Source of the DNA: Eledone cirrhosa
Taxonomy: Eukaryota
Length of the DNA stretch: 64,000 nt
Assembly (NCBI GenBank): GCA_964016885.1
Contig: OZ024743.1
Coordinates: 117,924,001-117,988,000, forward strand
Direction: 5' to 3'
Shown: positions 26,961 to 41,486 of the stretch, piece by piece
Position numbering within the stretch: the first letter of the stretch is position 1
How the letters are laid out: each line of letters starts with the position of its first letter
The notes under the pieces: model-generated
What the model saw: only the letters and a program-made list of their open reading frames with translations
What the model was told of the DNA's origin: nothing
Databases searched by the model: none
Made by a program: the position numbers and the translations under genes

Positions 26961-28693
26961 GTATATTATACAAGAACTCTTCAATTTAAGAACGGGTTCT
27001 GTTCCAACCGACTAGTCTAGGTTATTATGGACGTAACTTGCATACTTATAACTTGGAGTTTTCCCTCTATTTTCTCTTCAACTTATTTCGTAATTCTATT
27101 TTAATATTGCTGTTTATTCTGTAAGCTTTTCAGTTCCTTAGCTAAATTGTTTAATGTAGCTAGCATTTTATTTTTCGCGTCTCTGTATCACAAGCTAAGA
27201 ATCCGCTGCATGGCACTTAAACTGTGCAAACAGCGTAGCCCCATGGTAGCGGAGGTCAAATCCCTTGATCGCTGGCGCTTCAGCTTTACACAGTAAAAAA
27301 AGAACAGGACACAAAACCAGCAAGCCTACAATCACTCACCTAGCGGCGCTGCATTTGGTCACTGCTGACAAAGAAAACTACTTAAAATTAATTTTTGTCA
27401 TTCAACTTTGGAGCGTCGAGCGCCGAAGGAAATGTCATCTTAAGCAAAGTAAATATAAAACATGTTTCAATTTCTTTTCAACTAATCATTCCGTTAAATT
27501 AATCTGAATATATATAGTAAATATAATCATAAACCTCATGCAAATTTGTTTAACTCGTGTGAGCTTAAATATTTATGAAAGTTCGTCTCTACAATCTAAA
27601 TGGGAAAAAGAAATTGAATTTGTTTTATTTATATTTATTATAGCCAAAATGTTAAAGGTGATTCCTTATGGAAAAATATGTGTAAGTACATCTATGACGA
27701 GTGTATTTCTTTCTCACATTAATTCATTTTCGCTCTTCGTCTTTCTCTCAGTTTAGTGTTCTTGCTGTCTACACATACTTTCCCTGTCAGTGTATCTGTT
27801 ACTGTTTTGCATTATCTCTTTCGGTCTTTTTCTCACTTTCTCTCAGAGTTTATTTCGTTTTCTCAATCCCCTTTCCTGAGTAATGTATCTTGTTTCGGAA
27901 GTGTCTGCTGCCTGTCTAGGGATAGATCACGGTCAGCCTCACCCAAAATGTATATCTGCCTCTTCTTTAAATCGAGGTACATGACATCTGCTTTTTTTAC
28001 CCTTCTCATCCCAGCATTGCTCTTTGTCTCACTTCCTTCTGTTTTGGTAAGAACTCAGTCTCTAGATTTGTTCTTGCTTCTGTCTTTCTGTTTGTCTTTT
28101 GGATTCTCAGTTAGTTTCCACTCATGTTGTATTGTCATTATCAGTAGCTTTTACTCCTCATCTCTTCTTCTCTGACACTCCCTCCCTTTATCATTCCTTT
28201 CGACCCTCTCTAAATAGGGTATCTTGTTGCGGAAGTATTACTCGGAGAAGTTATAACATCTCCAGGGAGGAGTGTAGATATGAAGACTAAAAGATGAATA
28301 ATAAATGGAAGTAGAACTTCTGACTTTGACCTCCCATCCACGATGTATCAATAACCTAGGTAATGTGAAATGAAGTAGCCAGGAAGTCGGAGTCGATACG
28401 CATACGAGGGTCACTAATAGGCTAACACGACTGTAAGGTGCTCGGAGATAATTCTAGAACTTAACAGTTTCTACTAGAGTCTAATGGTTTCGCTGATGAC
28501 CCAGGTGATAGAATAACGGACAACTGATCAAGAAATGGATTAAAGGTGAAAACTGTGCACGACTGTCCATAAATAAAAGAAGACGCACACTGAAAGTTTT
28601 AATCCTAGATGTGGTTTGAATGTCGCGCATTGGCTCCATGCATATATATATATGTGTGTCTGTTCAGTATATATATATATATATACATGTATA

Positions 28694-28766
<73 letters not shown>

Positions 28767-29660
28767 AAAATAATGAATAAAAAAATTCAGCATTTTACGA
28801 TCGTTTCTAGGATATATATGTTTATGTTGGTATGTATATCCTATAGATCTATGTAAACATTTTACAAACTATCAGAGGGAATATACATACCTAAACATAT
28901 ATATGCTGTCTACAGAAATAATGATATTTGTTTATTGAAAAAAACCAACAAAGATTTAATATAATAGGTCTGTTTGGGTACAGGTTTTGAATTGACCAAT
29001 AGAAAAGTAGTAAGTGGTCAAGTTGATAGAATAGTAGTAGTAGAAATTTAATTTAGGGGTAGAAGAATGCAGACTTCAGTTTTGAATGGAAAAAATATAT
29101 TGAATGAAAAGATTACTTTGGGGATGAAAAGAGGTCAAACCGGTGAAAGGTACACGAAAATTTGATGTTATGAAAGAATAATGCTAATGTTAAAATCGAA
29201 GGAGAATAACATTTTACGATAAATGTTTTAGTGAGAAATACCAATCTTATTTAAAACATAAGGAATTTAGATCTATAAAAAGAAATTAAATTAATTTAAT
29301 TGATAGGTATACTTATAGGGATAAATTTATATTAATTCATATAGATATGATAAATAAGAGTTAGATGTTATTAAAGATTTAGATGTTATTAAAGAATGTT
29401 GTTAAAAACGAAGGAAAAGCATTTGGGGAGGGGGGATAAATGTATTAGTGAGAAATAACAAACTTATATAGATTACAAGGAATTTAGATTCATGACAGGA
29501 AATTAAAATAGTTTATATGTATACATATTGGTATTAAATTTAGGAAAAGATAGCTGTAAAAGGGAAATAAAATTATGCAGTTCTCAGTAGTAAAATACTA
29601 ATTATAGGTTAACTGAATTTAAAAAAAAAATTATAATAATTTGTAAAATATAAGTGTATA

Positions 29661-30121
29661 TTAATTAGGTTTATAATATTTGAAAGTTTTTCTAATTCTA
29701 TGATTGCACGATATAATTAATTCTTGTCGCTTATTTAATAGGATATCAATAGATTTCATTATTTCAAAAAGTTCCTGGGAACATAATCTACACTCATATC
29801 TGTTATTTTGATAAGGGGTGGCCCTTTTGAGCACACTCCAGGTCAGGTTATAATCGATATTCTTTTTTCTATAATTATTAATTATTTCAGCCAAGGATGT
29901 TGTATTAGCTAATGCGGCATTTTTAAAACTGTTTTGTGGGTATTAAATCTTACTTTAAATTGGTTAGAAGTAGCTCCTATATATGAATAAGTTGAGTCCT
30001 TAGTGCTAATTTTACATTTATATACTACGTTATTAATAAGGCAATTTCCTTTTAATGGGCAATTTGCTTTGTTTCTACAGTTACAACCTTTCGTGAATAT
30101 TATATCAGGGGAGTTAGTCAA
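29661..30121 (-). pseudogene. GIY-YIG endonuclease domain of the PLE (frameshifted)
   Basis: GCNCRNKANCPLKGNC (CxCx5C), VVYKC..YIGAT..FKVRFNTHK, then CRLCSQE...LLNKRQELIISCNHR. Confidence 0.88.
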
Positions 30122-30538
30122 ATTAGGTGTGGAATTTACTCGACTTGTTGTATGTGAAAGAGATGGTGGTTTGCTGTGGTTTATTTTAGTATTATGGTTA
30201 GTTTGATGTGTTGGTGGTATATTGATGGGTGTTTTATATTTATATGCATTGTAGGCACTTACATTTTGTTGTATATTTTTGGTTGTGGAGTAGGAGAATT
30301 TGGCCGTTGATCTATTTAAAATGTGATGGTATTTATGGTTTGGCGAGAAGTTTTTCTCTAGGATAGTAAAACATTTTTTAGGGATATTATCTTTAATGTG
30401 TAGATTAAATGGACCATTATACCAAGTAACTCGTCTATTACGGTTTCGATGTTTTTTTTTTATTTGTATACGATGTATCCTGATGTTTACTAAGAGAGTT
30501 AGTATTAGTGAATTTATTACATATATGTTTAGTTAGAT

Positions 30539-31430
30539 TCACTGATTTAGGTGTTTTAGCCTGATTATTAGGAATGTTGTTAGTAATGTTATTAACATAT
30601 ATTGGAGTATTAGGATGAATGGTTTTTTAAAGTTATTATATTGTATGTGAGAAGAGGTAGAGAAATTAAGTTTTAAGTTGGTATTTTGGGGTATAGTGTG
30701 AGTGGCATTTAGGTGTTTATTTTTCATTTGGTGTTTGTTGGTAATATTGGGTTGTATGTTTGTAGTATTATTGGTACAAGGTATATATACTAATTTGTTT
30801 TTGTGGCCGCTTCTAGCTAAAGCTTCGTTATAAAAGGTCGCATTTTTATCGAATACATCCTGGTTAGATGAAAGGTTAGAAATTCTGAGTGAGAGATTAT
30901 ATGCTAGGTTTTTAAGGATAGATCTGGGGTGATTAGATTGTGAGTGTATGTAATGTAAGTTTTGGTTAGGTTTATGGTAAGGTTGGTAGATACCCGTAGA
31001 TAAGTCTAAAGTTATATCAAGGAAATTAACTACTTTACTGGTGTTTTCAAATGTAATAGTGAGACTATAATAGTCTTTGAGGAAAGTTCTAATAAGTTTT
31101 TTATTTTTTTCAATTTCCGATAGGGTAAGGTTAGTGGAAAGAAGAAGACAGTCGTCACGATATAAACCACCTTTAAGGTGGGGAAAAGAAGCATTTATGT
31201 TAAATAGAAGAAAGAGGCCCACAAGATCGGTAATTTGGGCAGAATCACTAGAGCCCATAGTAATGTCGAATAGATTACTATATGTATTTCTGGTCCAGTA
31301 TTCTTTCTGAAATTCCAGTAGTGTTTGTCTAGCGTGCGTGATAATATTAAAGTCATCCATAGTTAAGCTTGATCTATTTTTGGCAAATATCAAGGCTTTG
31401 TTCAGGAGTATGGGTGATATAGAGGGATAA
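30539..31430 (-). pseudogene. PLE reverse transcriptase (partial)
   Basis: YPSI at the truncation point, YRDD catalytic motif, thumb FLD/YHKP/SNHP. Confidence 0.88.
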
Positions 31431-31534
31431 TTCCCTGGGGTGTGTTTTCGCAGAGTAATTTCCCAGGTAATTAACTGGTTTACTAATATTAGAAATAAAT
31501 CATCTGCTTCATTTCTACAAATCGATATAGATGC

Positions 31535-31745
31535 TTATTATCCCATGCATACCAGCTTCCTCTCTCCACGACTCCGATGATGTCTAAGGGAAAGGCTATG
31601 GCCGTTACAGCTTGGTACCAGTGACGCCGAAACTCATTTCTACAGCTGAGTAAACTGGAGCAACGTGAAATAATGTGTCTTGCTCAAGGATCCAATGCAT
31701 CACCCGGTCCGATAATCGAACTCACAACCACTAATCTATGCGCCT
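31535..31745 (-). mobile_element. SINE of the second family
   Basis: cagctgagtaaactggagcaacgtgaaataatgtgtcttgctcaagg...aatcgaactcac; related to 34085-34330 and 11340-11500. Confidence 0.6.
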
Positions 31746-31766
31746 TCACAAACACAAACACACACA

Positions 31767-31850
<84 letters not shown>

Positions 31851-31866
31851 AAACACACACACACAC

Positions 31867-31953
<87 letters not shown>

Positions 31954-32014
31954 GTGTGTGTGTTTTGTGTGTTTGTGCGCGCGTTTGTGTGTGTAAGTGT
32001 GTGTGTATATATAT

Positions 32015-33290
32015 ATATATAATGTATATTTATCGAAAGCTTCCGATAGGTATTATGTCGATAACTGGAGGCTGTCCTCAAGACAGTTGGCTTCGGTCAG
32101 GTCTTCAGAGGCTGGATTGTTGCAATGCACAGCGGCACCTGCTCGGTGGTCAAAGTTAATGAACATCCTTCGGAACTGTTTGAGATGTCTCAAACGGTCC
32201 ATGAAGAGTGTCCTCTCGCCTCCCTTCTGTTCGAATTTATTCTCTATTCTTTACTGCGGAGGCTGGACCTGTTGCAGGGCATACATGCTGCTCGATCCGG
32301 GATGTCGAAAGCTGTGTCGGCTTATGCGGACGACACCACCGTGTTGGTGTTTGACACCTCGGAAATCGAGGTCGTTGGCACCTTCTTGGAGGAATATGAA
32401 AGGTTGACAGGATCAAAACTAGCCGCGCAAAAGTCGGTGGGCTTACAACGCGGCACCTGGAAAGGCAAGTCCTTGCCGTTCAACAGCGTCGTTGGACGCT
32501 GGACGCTATAATTACTGAGGGTTTGGTTCGGACCAGACCTCCAGGTGGATAGGAATGGGGACGAGGTTACCGAAAGGTTAGCCAGTCTCACCCAGAAATG
32601 AATCTGTCCCCGAAATATTGGGAGGAGGTTGCGAACGCGTATGTCATGTACTACCGCTTGACCATCGTGCTTTGCCGGGTTCGCGCTTCGCCAAATTAGA
32701 ACGGTTATTCTTCAACTTCTAGTAAAGAGGACGGTTTCCGTTGGTGAGGTGAGACAGTCCATCTACTGTCAGCATCCTCTACGAGTAGGTCTGGGACTGT
32801 CTTGGCCTATGATCCGGAAACTTACGCTGAGGCTGCGTGATCTCTTGATATTCTGCCTAATCTGTGAACAGGTGTGGTCGCCGTTTTTTAGACGGGCCAT
32901 TTCGCAGCTCGTCTCTTTGACTCAACTGAAGAAGAAAGAAGCCATTTATCATCTGAAATGTTGCCAGGCGGCCACTGCCGTCTACTAGGCGGGTAATGCA
33001 GTCAATAGAACTTCGACCCTCGTGTTCTACAGAGGATTACTTGTGTATAAGTACGACGACTTACTCGGAGAGGCTCTGGGCGTAGCAAACGCGTACATCG
33101 TGTCCGTTATCTACTACCGTCAGTCAGTCGTTCTTTGCCAAATTGGAACGTCTGTTCTTCAGATTTTCGTGGAAAGGACAGGTTCCATTGATGAATCGGT
33201 CTTTCTGCTGCCAGCACCTACTATGCAGAAGGCTGGGCCCCCTGTGGCTCATGATGCGCAAATATGCGCCTGATGCTACGGCATTTTCAG
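32015..33290 (+). mobile_element. Old Tx1 ORF2 relic (RT) with internal rearrangement
   Basis: ORF 32125-32511 SAYADDTTVLV...KSVGLQRGTWKGKSLPFNSVVGRWT matches copies 1 and 2; the ANAYI..YYR segment occurs twice (~32630 and ~33085). Confidence 0.88.
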
Positions 33291-34084
33291 ATATTCTCTG
33301 CCTTTCATCGTTACATGGTCGATAAACTAACGTGCCGGTTATGTACTGGGGTAGATTTAATCAACTTTCCTGTCTCCCAAAAGCGTAAATCAGAAACTAT
33401 TATATGGTTGTGCGTAAATCAGAAACTATTATTATGGTTGTCACAATATATCTCTTTATGCATTTTTTTCTCTCCTAACTACGTAATTAGAGAATTTCGT
33501 ATAAAGAATTATATAAGTTATGATCTTTTATCTGTGCTTAATGTTATCGAGCCTTTGAATAAATCAAGATCTGCTATTGAGACAAGAATGATAAGAAATT
33601 ATATATTTATCTATATACATATATTAATAGCAGATCGTGCGTCGGTGTTAAGAGCTTTTCTTTTTGGGGTGGGGGGGTCTATATATTCAAAGGATTCATA
33701 AGAAATATGTATCTCTGATATAGGTACATAATCTCAATTTTGAGGAAGTGTATATTCGATTAAATCGACCCCACTATTCGATAGGTATTCATTGTTATGT
33801 ACCTAAAATGATTATTAAAATAAGATGGATTTGATCTCAGAAGGCAACGGGTCGGTACTAACTACAATGATATTTTAATATTTGCACAAGACCATACATG
33901 TTGGACCGTCTATAAAATTGAGTCAGCGCTTTCTTCTTCTTTTCATGCATATATGCAATGACTAGTTATGGCATATGTGTGCATGCATGTGTGTATGTAT
34001 GCATATCATTATCGTTCATCATCATATCGTTTCATATACAGTGCCTCTAAAAAGTCTAAAGTCTGTCTTAAGCTAGAAAGCTTA

Positions 34085-34330
34085 TTTGGCCGGTGTTTAT
34101 CCGGGTTTCGTGGGGTGAAGCTACTGAGAATACAAGACTTCCCCCTAGACAGGACGCCAGTCCATCACAGGGTTAAACCCTTAGCTATTGCTGGTAGTCA
34201 TGTTCAGTTGAGTATACTGGAGCAACGTGAAATGGAGTATTTTGCTCAAGAACACAATACGCAACCCAGGAATCGAACCCACGATATTAAAATCGTAAGT
34301 CCAACACCCTTACCAATAGGCACCCTGCCT
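34085..34330 (-). mobile_element. SINE of the second family
   Basis: ggacgccagtccatcacagggtt...ctggagcaacgtgaaat...ttgctcaagaacacaa...aatcgaacccacg. Confidence 0.6.
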
Positions 34331-35224
34331 CAATTAGTGCCTTATTAGCGAAACATAATAACAACAGCTTTCCCTGAGACCAACGCATGGAGGTGAGGAT
34401 GGCTCAGTCCCCGACTCGGTAATTTACTGGTACTTATTTTATAGACACGTATCACTAAAGAATTTGGAAGTGGAGAGTTGACACTGGCAAGATTCGAAAC
34501 GTGAATATAAAGGGATGTAGCTAAATATCGCAAAGTATATCTAACCTGCTCTTTTCTCCACACTACCGCTCTTAATGTTTTGTTTATCTTTTATGTTTTA
34601 AACATCGGGTTCTTTCTGAATAATGATAATAATAATAATTTCATTGATAATCCCCTAAAGTCACATCATTGTTTTCATTTGCGTTAATAGTATTTAGTCG
34701 TCTTTTTCTTTGTTGTGGCTGCTGTTTTTGATGCTTTTAACTATTTCTTTACTGAATTCTATGTAATCAGCATCTCCCCTGTTGAATCATTAGTGGAACG
34801 CATGGCCAACTTCAAACTATGATCAAATAGATTCATAGGCGTTTCTCGAATAATTGATCATATTACTATATCTATTATTTACAATAGAAATATAGTCGTC
34901 AATCTAGATATGATTGGTTGTATTGTTAAATTGTTATATATTATATACAAGTGTTACCATGTGTGAATTTTATGACTCCACTGTTAGGTCAGTGGTCTAG
35001 AGTTATAGATACTATTTGGTTATAATTTTTGTTAATCGTTTCGGATCACATCTGTCATTTGACTCTTATCTGTTAGGTTAATTCTGTTTTCTCTTCTCAT
35101 GACCTAACGTAATATATACATATATAGAGTCGTTAAAGAAATGTCACACTTTGATATATTCGTTTGTTTTAAGTAAAAGGGCATTACTTTTAGACCATCA
35201 AGCCAAAAGGTGCGTCTCTACGTG

Positions 35225-35535
35225 ACGACCCATCTTGCAAGAAAAAGCAGCCATACATTCCTCAAGTTGCATATTTCCATCGTAGAAAAGGACATGCTGG
35301 ATAATGTAGTCCTAAGCTTCTTGCATATAGGAAACATACTAAAAAAATTATTTCTTCTAAGTTAATTGTTTTTAAGCCTAGGTAAACTCTCAACTATGAT
35401 CAAATGCATTTCAACAATGATCACACAACTTTTATCCTGATACATTGCACCAAGGACTATCTTATTCAGCATGTTCCCCAACTTTCAAGACTGTATATTA
35501 TAATTTGAAGATATGTTGCCTTATTCCTAGAGATC
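35225..35535. repeat. Old MITE-like element with degenerate terminal inverted repeats
   Basis: acatgctggataatgtagtcct versus aggactatcttattcagcatgt, plus outer gcagcca/ttgcct remnants. Confidence 0.35.
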
Positions 35536-36529
35536 GACCCATGCCTAAATGCACCGTATTTGTTTCAGGTGGTTAAGGGTTTACAATAGGTTAATAATGA
35601 AAGTTACGAAATAAACGTCTTTGTTATTAAACTACTAAATTAGGACCTGGGAATAAACATAAACATTGTCATGTGACGGTGTTCTCAAACGCAGAGACAA
35701 TATAAGTAACACATTGAGACACAGTTCACCATACTGGGAAGAAGCAACACTGGTAGCATCTTGTTTGATTAAATGGCAGGTACCAGAATGTCCAAATGTC
35801 ATAGTTGCTATATTTTCTTTTAAAAAATTAATACTAATCATAGCCAACGATTTTTACAGGAGGGAAATGTGCATCTTAGCAGCTTTTTACTACCGAAGAT
35901 GGTGTTGACAGCTGGCTATATGAAATCTCATGATTCGGATAGAAGTGGCATAATGCAAAGTAGTGCCTCTCATTTAAATAGATTCTTGAATGAAGAGTAA
36001 CAATTTAACATCATATACCTCGTTAAATAACTTCAAGAAATTGAATTTGCTATCACTTGTTTCTCTCTATTTATCATTCTACCCTCACTCTAGTCTCGCT
36101 TACATATTAGCTGATCTGTATCACCTTCATGGAGACTTCATGTCACAGTGCATTTAGCAATAAATATAAGATGTTTTTGTTGCTGTTTTGTTCAACAGCA
36201 AATAAGTCCTTGTTGTGCAGAACTTTGACAATAGGCGTTCCAGCTGTGTATCAGTAAATACACTATTTAATGTATCTTTCCATTCTTTTTAAAGATAGTA
36301 GGATCATATTTCATGTATATATGGTTAATTTTATTTATAGCATCGTATGAAACCATGGTGAGAAACGATCTAGAGGCCTTCTATATATTCTCTCGGCGTA
36401 GGAGCCTAAATAATCTCAAATAATGTCCTACCATCTTAGAAGAGGACATATGAGCTAATTTACACCTGAATTCTTTACACATAGATTAAAATAGTTGGCT
36501 GGTTGATTAAGAGAAAAAAGGGTTTACCT

Positions 36530-37710
36530 AAACATCGAGCATTCGTGGAGGTCAGCTGGTATCACATCCATGATTGGTGGGGTTGCTTTTGGGAACACCT
36601 TTAAAAGTCTGCTCGTGGTTTTAGCTCTGCTTTTGCTGCCGTTGCTGACATTGTTAGTGCCATAGATGTTTGTCCCTTCACTGGTGCTAGCAGCAACGGA
36701 GGTTTGCTGTCCACTTCATTTTTCCGCTAAAGACAGAAAACTCGCAGGTGTGTCGTTTACCGCAGACGAAGCAGTGCAGCCGTTTGCTCTCAGTGACCTT
36801 AAATATCTCGGCCCCGCACTGAAGGCGGATATGGTCCGAGATGTTTTGGAGAATAATCTCTAAACCATCCCAGGCCTGTCATAACGTAGCATTTTTCTTA
36901 CGTCAAGGGGGGTAACATCGGTACCCTCATCTACTACGCATCCCAGGAGCCCCTATATGTTTAGTCCTGGTGCGATCCTGGGAATGCGGACCTTTACAAA
37001 TAGTCTACTGATGTATGGCGGGTACATGATCATGTGGCTCATTTTGCAGGGGACTTCCGAATGTTTAATAGCAAAGTTCTCCGTTTTGAACAGCAACAAC
37101 ATGGGGTCGAACTGTTTTGAATTTATGTTCGATATCTTGTCTGACGCATTTCAATGCTGACTATATTTTTGCTTGGGTGCTATTTCCGCTTTGCTCGTTT
37201 GCATCTGCAAACGAGAGATCTTCTTTGGTTTGCTGTCATAATTTCGGCAGGAACGGTTAGGTTGTCTTGGGTTTCTTCTTTCCTAATGAATTTTCATATC
37301 TTCCAAAAGTTCTTTTTTGTTAGAAATGTCGATCTGAAATAGTTAATGTGATTTGACCGCGGTCGCCTCGAATGTGTCCCTGTTGTTGTTGTTCTTCTTC
37401 ACTTTCTTGTTTTTGTTCCTGTTGGTGTTGTCGTTCGACTTTCGGGTCATTCCTTTCGTTGGGACTGCCGTTGCTGTTAGTGTAGTCATAGTCCATGCTG
37501 TTGGGGTTTGTGGTGTTGTTAATTTCGTCGTTGGTGTTCCTGTCATTGTTTCCGTTGTTATACTGTTTCTGATGTTGGTGCTGTTTAAGCAGCTGTCACG
37601 TGACAGCTGGCTTAACGAGATGGAACGTATTTCCTCCGTATTTGAAAATTTGAAATGAAAAATGCCACATTTTTTCATACAAAGACCAAAATCCGAAGAG
37701 TACGTGATTA
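36530..37710 (-). mobile_element. Old Tx1-like 5' UTR/ORF1 relic (divergent subfamily)
   Basis: Minus-strand KVRIPRIAPG, WDGLEIILQ and CFVCGKRH parallel ORF1 KIRVTHVPP, WSGSGMELLIQ and CVVCGQGTH; T-rich N-terminus (ORF 37343-37678). Confidence 0.6.
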
Positions 37711-38475
37711 AGATTGCATATATATATTAATATATCTGTTAGAACACGAAAAGTGTGAAACACAGAATGTTCACTTTTCGTGTTCTAACATATATGCCTA
37801 GCTTCTTTAAAAATTTTTCGGGGATAGCCGTGGTGGTGATCGTATGTGATTGGCTAATTTTCAACCAATCAGAGTACCTCTCTCTATATCTCTTCCACTG
37901 TTACTTACGCCTGTTTCTCTCTATCTGTTCCGTCTCTATTTATATCTCTTACTCTTTCGCTTTGCACTCCTCCCCTTCAATACCATCTCTCCCCCTCTCT
38001 ATATATTTGTTACTCTATCGCTGCACGCTCCTCTCCTTCAATATATCAATTACACACGCTTTACACTCCTTTATCCCCAGCGCCCCTATATATACACCCC
38101 CTCTCCCGCATCTATATTTTAATGTACCGTTGCACCGTGAATACATGTGTCTATATATATATATACATATATATTGTATATACACATTCATGTATGTGTA
38201 TACACACTCATGTATGTATATACACTGGTTTTATGTGTGTATTGTAAATTTGTACTGTTAAAACACGAAACTAACATTCGATTGACACTTTGATTACCTG
38301 TACAGGCAATAGTTATTAGAATGCTGTTGAAGTGTGTATATATTTTTGGGGGACATCCTGTATATACACACATTATATATAATACAATAAACAGATAAAT
38401 ACACACATATATATATGAGCTTATTTAATTATAAATATTGTGAATTTTTAACTCAGTTCAATTATATATATAAAT

Positions 38476-38525
38476 GGCTTCTACAGGACTAGAACTGTTT
38501 CATTCGAAAGAAATCATCATAATAT
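38476..38525 (-). repeat. Degenerate copy of hammerhead family A
   Basis: ttctacaggactagaactgtttcattc..gaaatcatcat matches 41616 and 51548; core mutated to ATGATGA. Confidence 0.6.
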
Positions 38526-38922
38526 TGAGAGGGGGGACTAGATAAAATATTTCAAATCAAATGTGTATAAGTTATAAGTTAAAATGTATAAATAGAGACG
38601 ATAGTGGAGGTATATCTGTTTAGTGGAACAGTAGACGATAGAATTAAATACAGACGATAATCTCCCTTTAATGAAACAGCAGACGATAGAATTAAGGCAA
38701 TTTAAATTTTAAGCATTTGCATTTTTGCCTTTCATCGTTACGGGGTCGATAAAATAAAGTACCAGTAATACACTGTCACTAGACGACTTTCAAATTGAAT
38801 TGTTGGTTCCATTTCTTTAGTATTTTCAATTGTAGTTATCTACTTAAAAAGCGTTACACGGTTAGAGACATAATTCGTAAGTTATATCTTCCCTATTAAA
38901 CCATTGCATTATTTCGCCTACA

Positions 38923-39108
38923 GGGCGGTGAATTGGCAGTATCGGTAGAGGGTTGGACGCCATGCTTTCTAGCATAGTTACGTCCCTTTACAGTCTGAGT
39001 TCAAATCCCGCCGAGGTTAACTTTGCCTTTCATCCTTACGGGGTCGATAAAATAAAGTACCAGTAATGTACTGGGTAATTTGCTGGCCTTGTGCCTAAAG
39101 TAGAAACA
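38923..39108 (+). mobile_element. Young tRNA-SINE (short variant) with 15-bp TSD
   Basis: TSD attatttcgcctaca at 38908-38922 and 39109-39123. Confidence 0.93.
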
Positions 39109-39332
39109 ATTATTTCGCCTACAATAGAACAAAAATGAAATGTTCTTTAAAGAAACAGGAATATAACTTTATAAAAAAAAAAGTTGCATCCGCTTCTTTT
39201 ATCATTGATAATTTTTTCGTTTTAATATTAATTGTTTTTTGCAGTTGTTTATATTAAAAATCTTACTGTAATATTTACTTAAACGAAGGCAAACATCTAA
39301 ACTTATAGATTAATCTTGAGCGAAGGACTAGA

Positions 39333-39417
<85 letters not shown>

Positions 39418-39807
39418 GAAGAATGATAAAATTTCAAGCAAAGAGTTTAATTAGGTATATTTTGTAATATTATTAACTAATTATTATAATTAACGCGCAT
39501 ATTTTGCTATCCTCAAACACGTTTACACATGGCATGAAATATAACTAATCCGAGATGGCTAGGTTTCATCTTCTAACTGGATAAACGAAATCCATTATGT
39601 CTTGACAACAACATGAGGTAACATTATGTTATTCACAGACACACTTTGTACACTGTTCCATATCAGAATGTATTTCCTTCGTCACATTCACAAACAGTAT
39701 TGAAAATATGTTCTTCGGCAAATAAAAATGTTTTGTTCATAATATTTCAACTAGCGATTGCTCTACTCCACGCACGACCACCATAAATTAATGACCAGCT
39801 CAACACA

Positions 39808-39980
39808 AGTATTGGTAGAGCGTCAGACACCATGCTTTGCAGTATTGTTATGGTCCTTTGCATTCTAAGTTCAAATCCTGCCGAGGTTAACTTCGACTTT
39901 CATACTTACTAATTCGATAAAATAAAGTACCAGTAATGGACTGCCGTAATGGATTTGTGCCGAAAAATAGAAACACTATT
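39808..39980 (+). mobile_element. Degenerate tRNA-SINE
   Basis: Consensus match. Confidence 0.75.
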
Positions 39981-40531
39981 AATGTGCAATAAGAGCAAAA
40001 TATAACGACATTGCTCAATTATTTTATCTAATGTTGTAATAACACAAGGAAATGTTGTTTGTGTATTTTTTTTTATATTTGCTCATAGGCTTTTACAATT
40101 TCGCTCAGCCAACAACTATTAAAAAGTGAGTTGCTTAAGATAACAATTTAATCACAAATTGTTGCTATCTTTTAATACACTCCAACAAGTCATCAAATTA
40201 TGTACAATAAAAACAAATCTTATTAATTTGCTCAGGGAATATAAAGAAAATGTATATACACTGATAATTGCAATTGTATGTAAATATTTTGTTTTTGTAT
40301 TGTATATTTTATGTTTTCTATTATGTATAATATATTGATTTAATATTGATTGTTTTTTGTAGTTGTTTATATTAAAAGTCTGAAAATATTTTTATACATC
40401 TTACACTAATATTTATAAGATAATTTATAATAACAATTACATAATCTAATTACATTACAACGATAATTTATTATTAATATATATCCTGTTTAACTAGAGT
40501 TATTACAAGCGTTGCCTTAAAAAAATATTAA

Positions 40532-41486
40532 ACTAGACATGAAAAATGCGCAAGCTCAAAAGTGCCACAGAATGTTATAATAAACCTTCAAAAGTGTGGG
40601 ACTAGAGTTGTTGCTAAAAAATATTGTAATCATTATATATCGTACATTCTGTGGCATCCTTTATAAAAATAGCTTAAACCAACGAAGCCTTTATTTTTAC
40701 GCTATTTCACTTAGTTAATTCTTAGAGTGTAACATATAAAAATAAATACATCTATGTTTAATGTAATAACAGCTATAAATAATTACGTAATATTATTATC
40801 ATATACTCATAGTAACAAAATAATTGTGTTGAAACTTAATATGATGCTTATATGAACGATCAAATCTATAATGATAATTTCTTAAATATACTAATAGTAA
40901 AATAATTTAGTTATCTATTGTTACATTTTCATAGAACTATAATATTAACAATCGTATTGCATTATCAAATTTTTATCACTACAAACTTTCATATTGGAAT
41001 TACCTTAAGCCACTTATTATTACTTCGCTTTCGTACTTTTACAGCTGTAGATATTGCGCTGTATCTTATATCTAATATCAATATCTCGTGGTAATTTGCA
41101 TGAAGTGTAAAATAGGTTTATTAATAACTTTAATATGAAATGTATTATACAGGGCTGCGGAGTCGGTCAAAAATTGACTGGCTCCAACTCAGGATCCGAT
41201 ACTCCATTATTTCCTAAATTTCAGCTCCGCAGCTCTGTTATTATATTAATTAATTTATTTTATAGTTGTAAATCATATTTTTATATGTTACACTCTAAGA
41301 ATTAACTAAGTGAAATAGCGTAAAAATAAAGGCTTCGTTGGTTTAAGCTATTTTTATAAAGGATGCCACAGAATGTACGATATATAATGATTACAATATT
41401 TTTTAGCAACAACTCTAGTCCCACACTTTTGAAGGTTTATTATAACATTCTGTGGCACTTTTGAGCTTGCGCATTTTTCATGTCTA

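Larger units (their letters stand above)
28757..31430 (-). mobile_element. Penelope-like element (Naiad-type), 5'-truncated within RT, 3' end abutting (TA)n
   Basis: RT ORF 30539-31393 (FDITMGSSDSAQITDLVGLFLL, GGLYRDD, NFLDITLDL, YHKP, SNHP); GIY-YIG ORF 29909-30121; C-terminal ORF 29661-29894; ~900 nt AT-rich 3' region. 3' boundary is inferred. Confidence 0.85.

Noticed and set aside
28485-28540. CTGATGA motif (also at 11779 minus, 22860, 44508, 62265)
   Set aside because: No properly placed GAAA/stem III/stem I; several lie within SINE or LINE relics.
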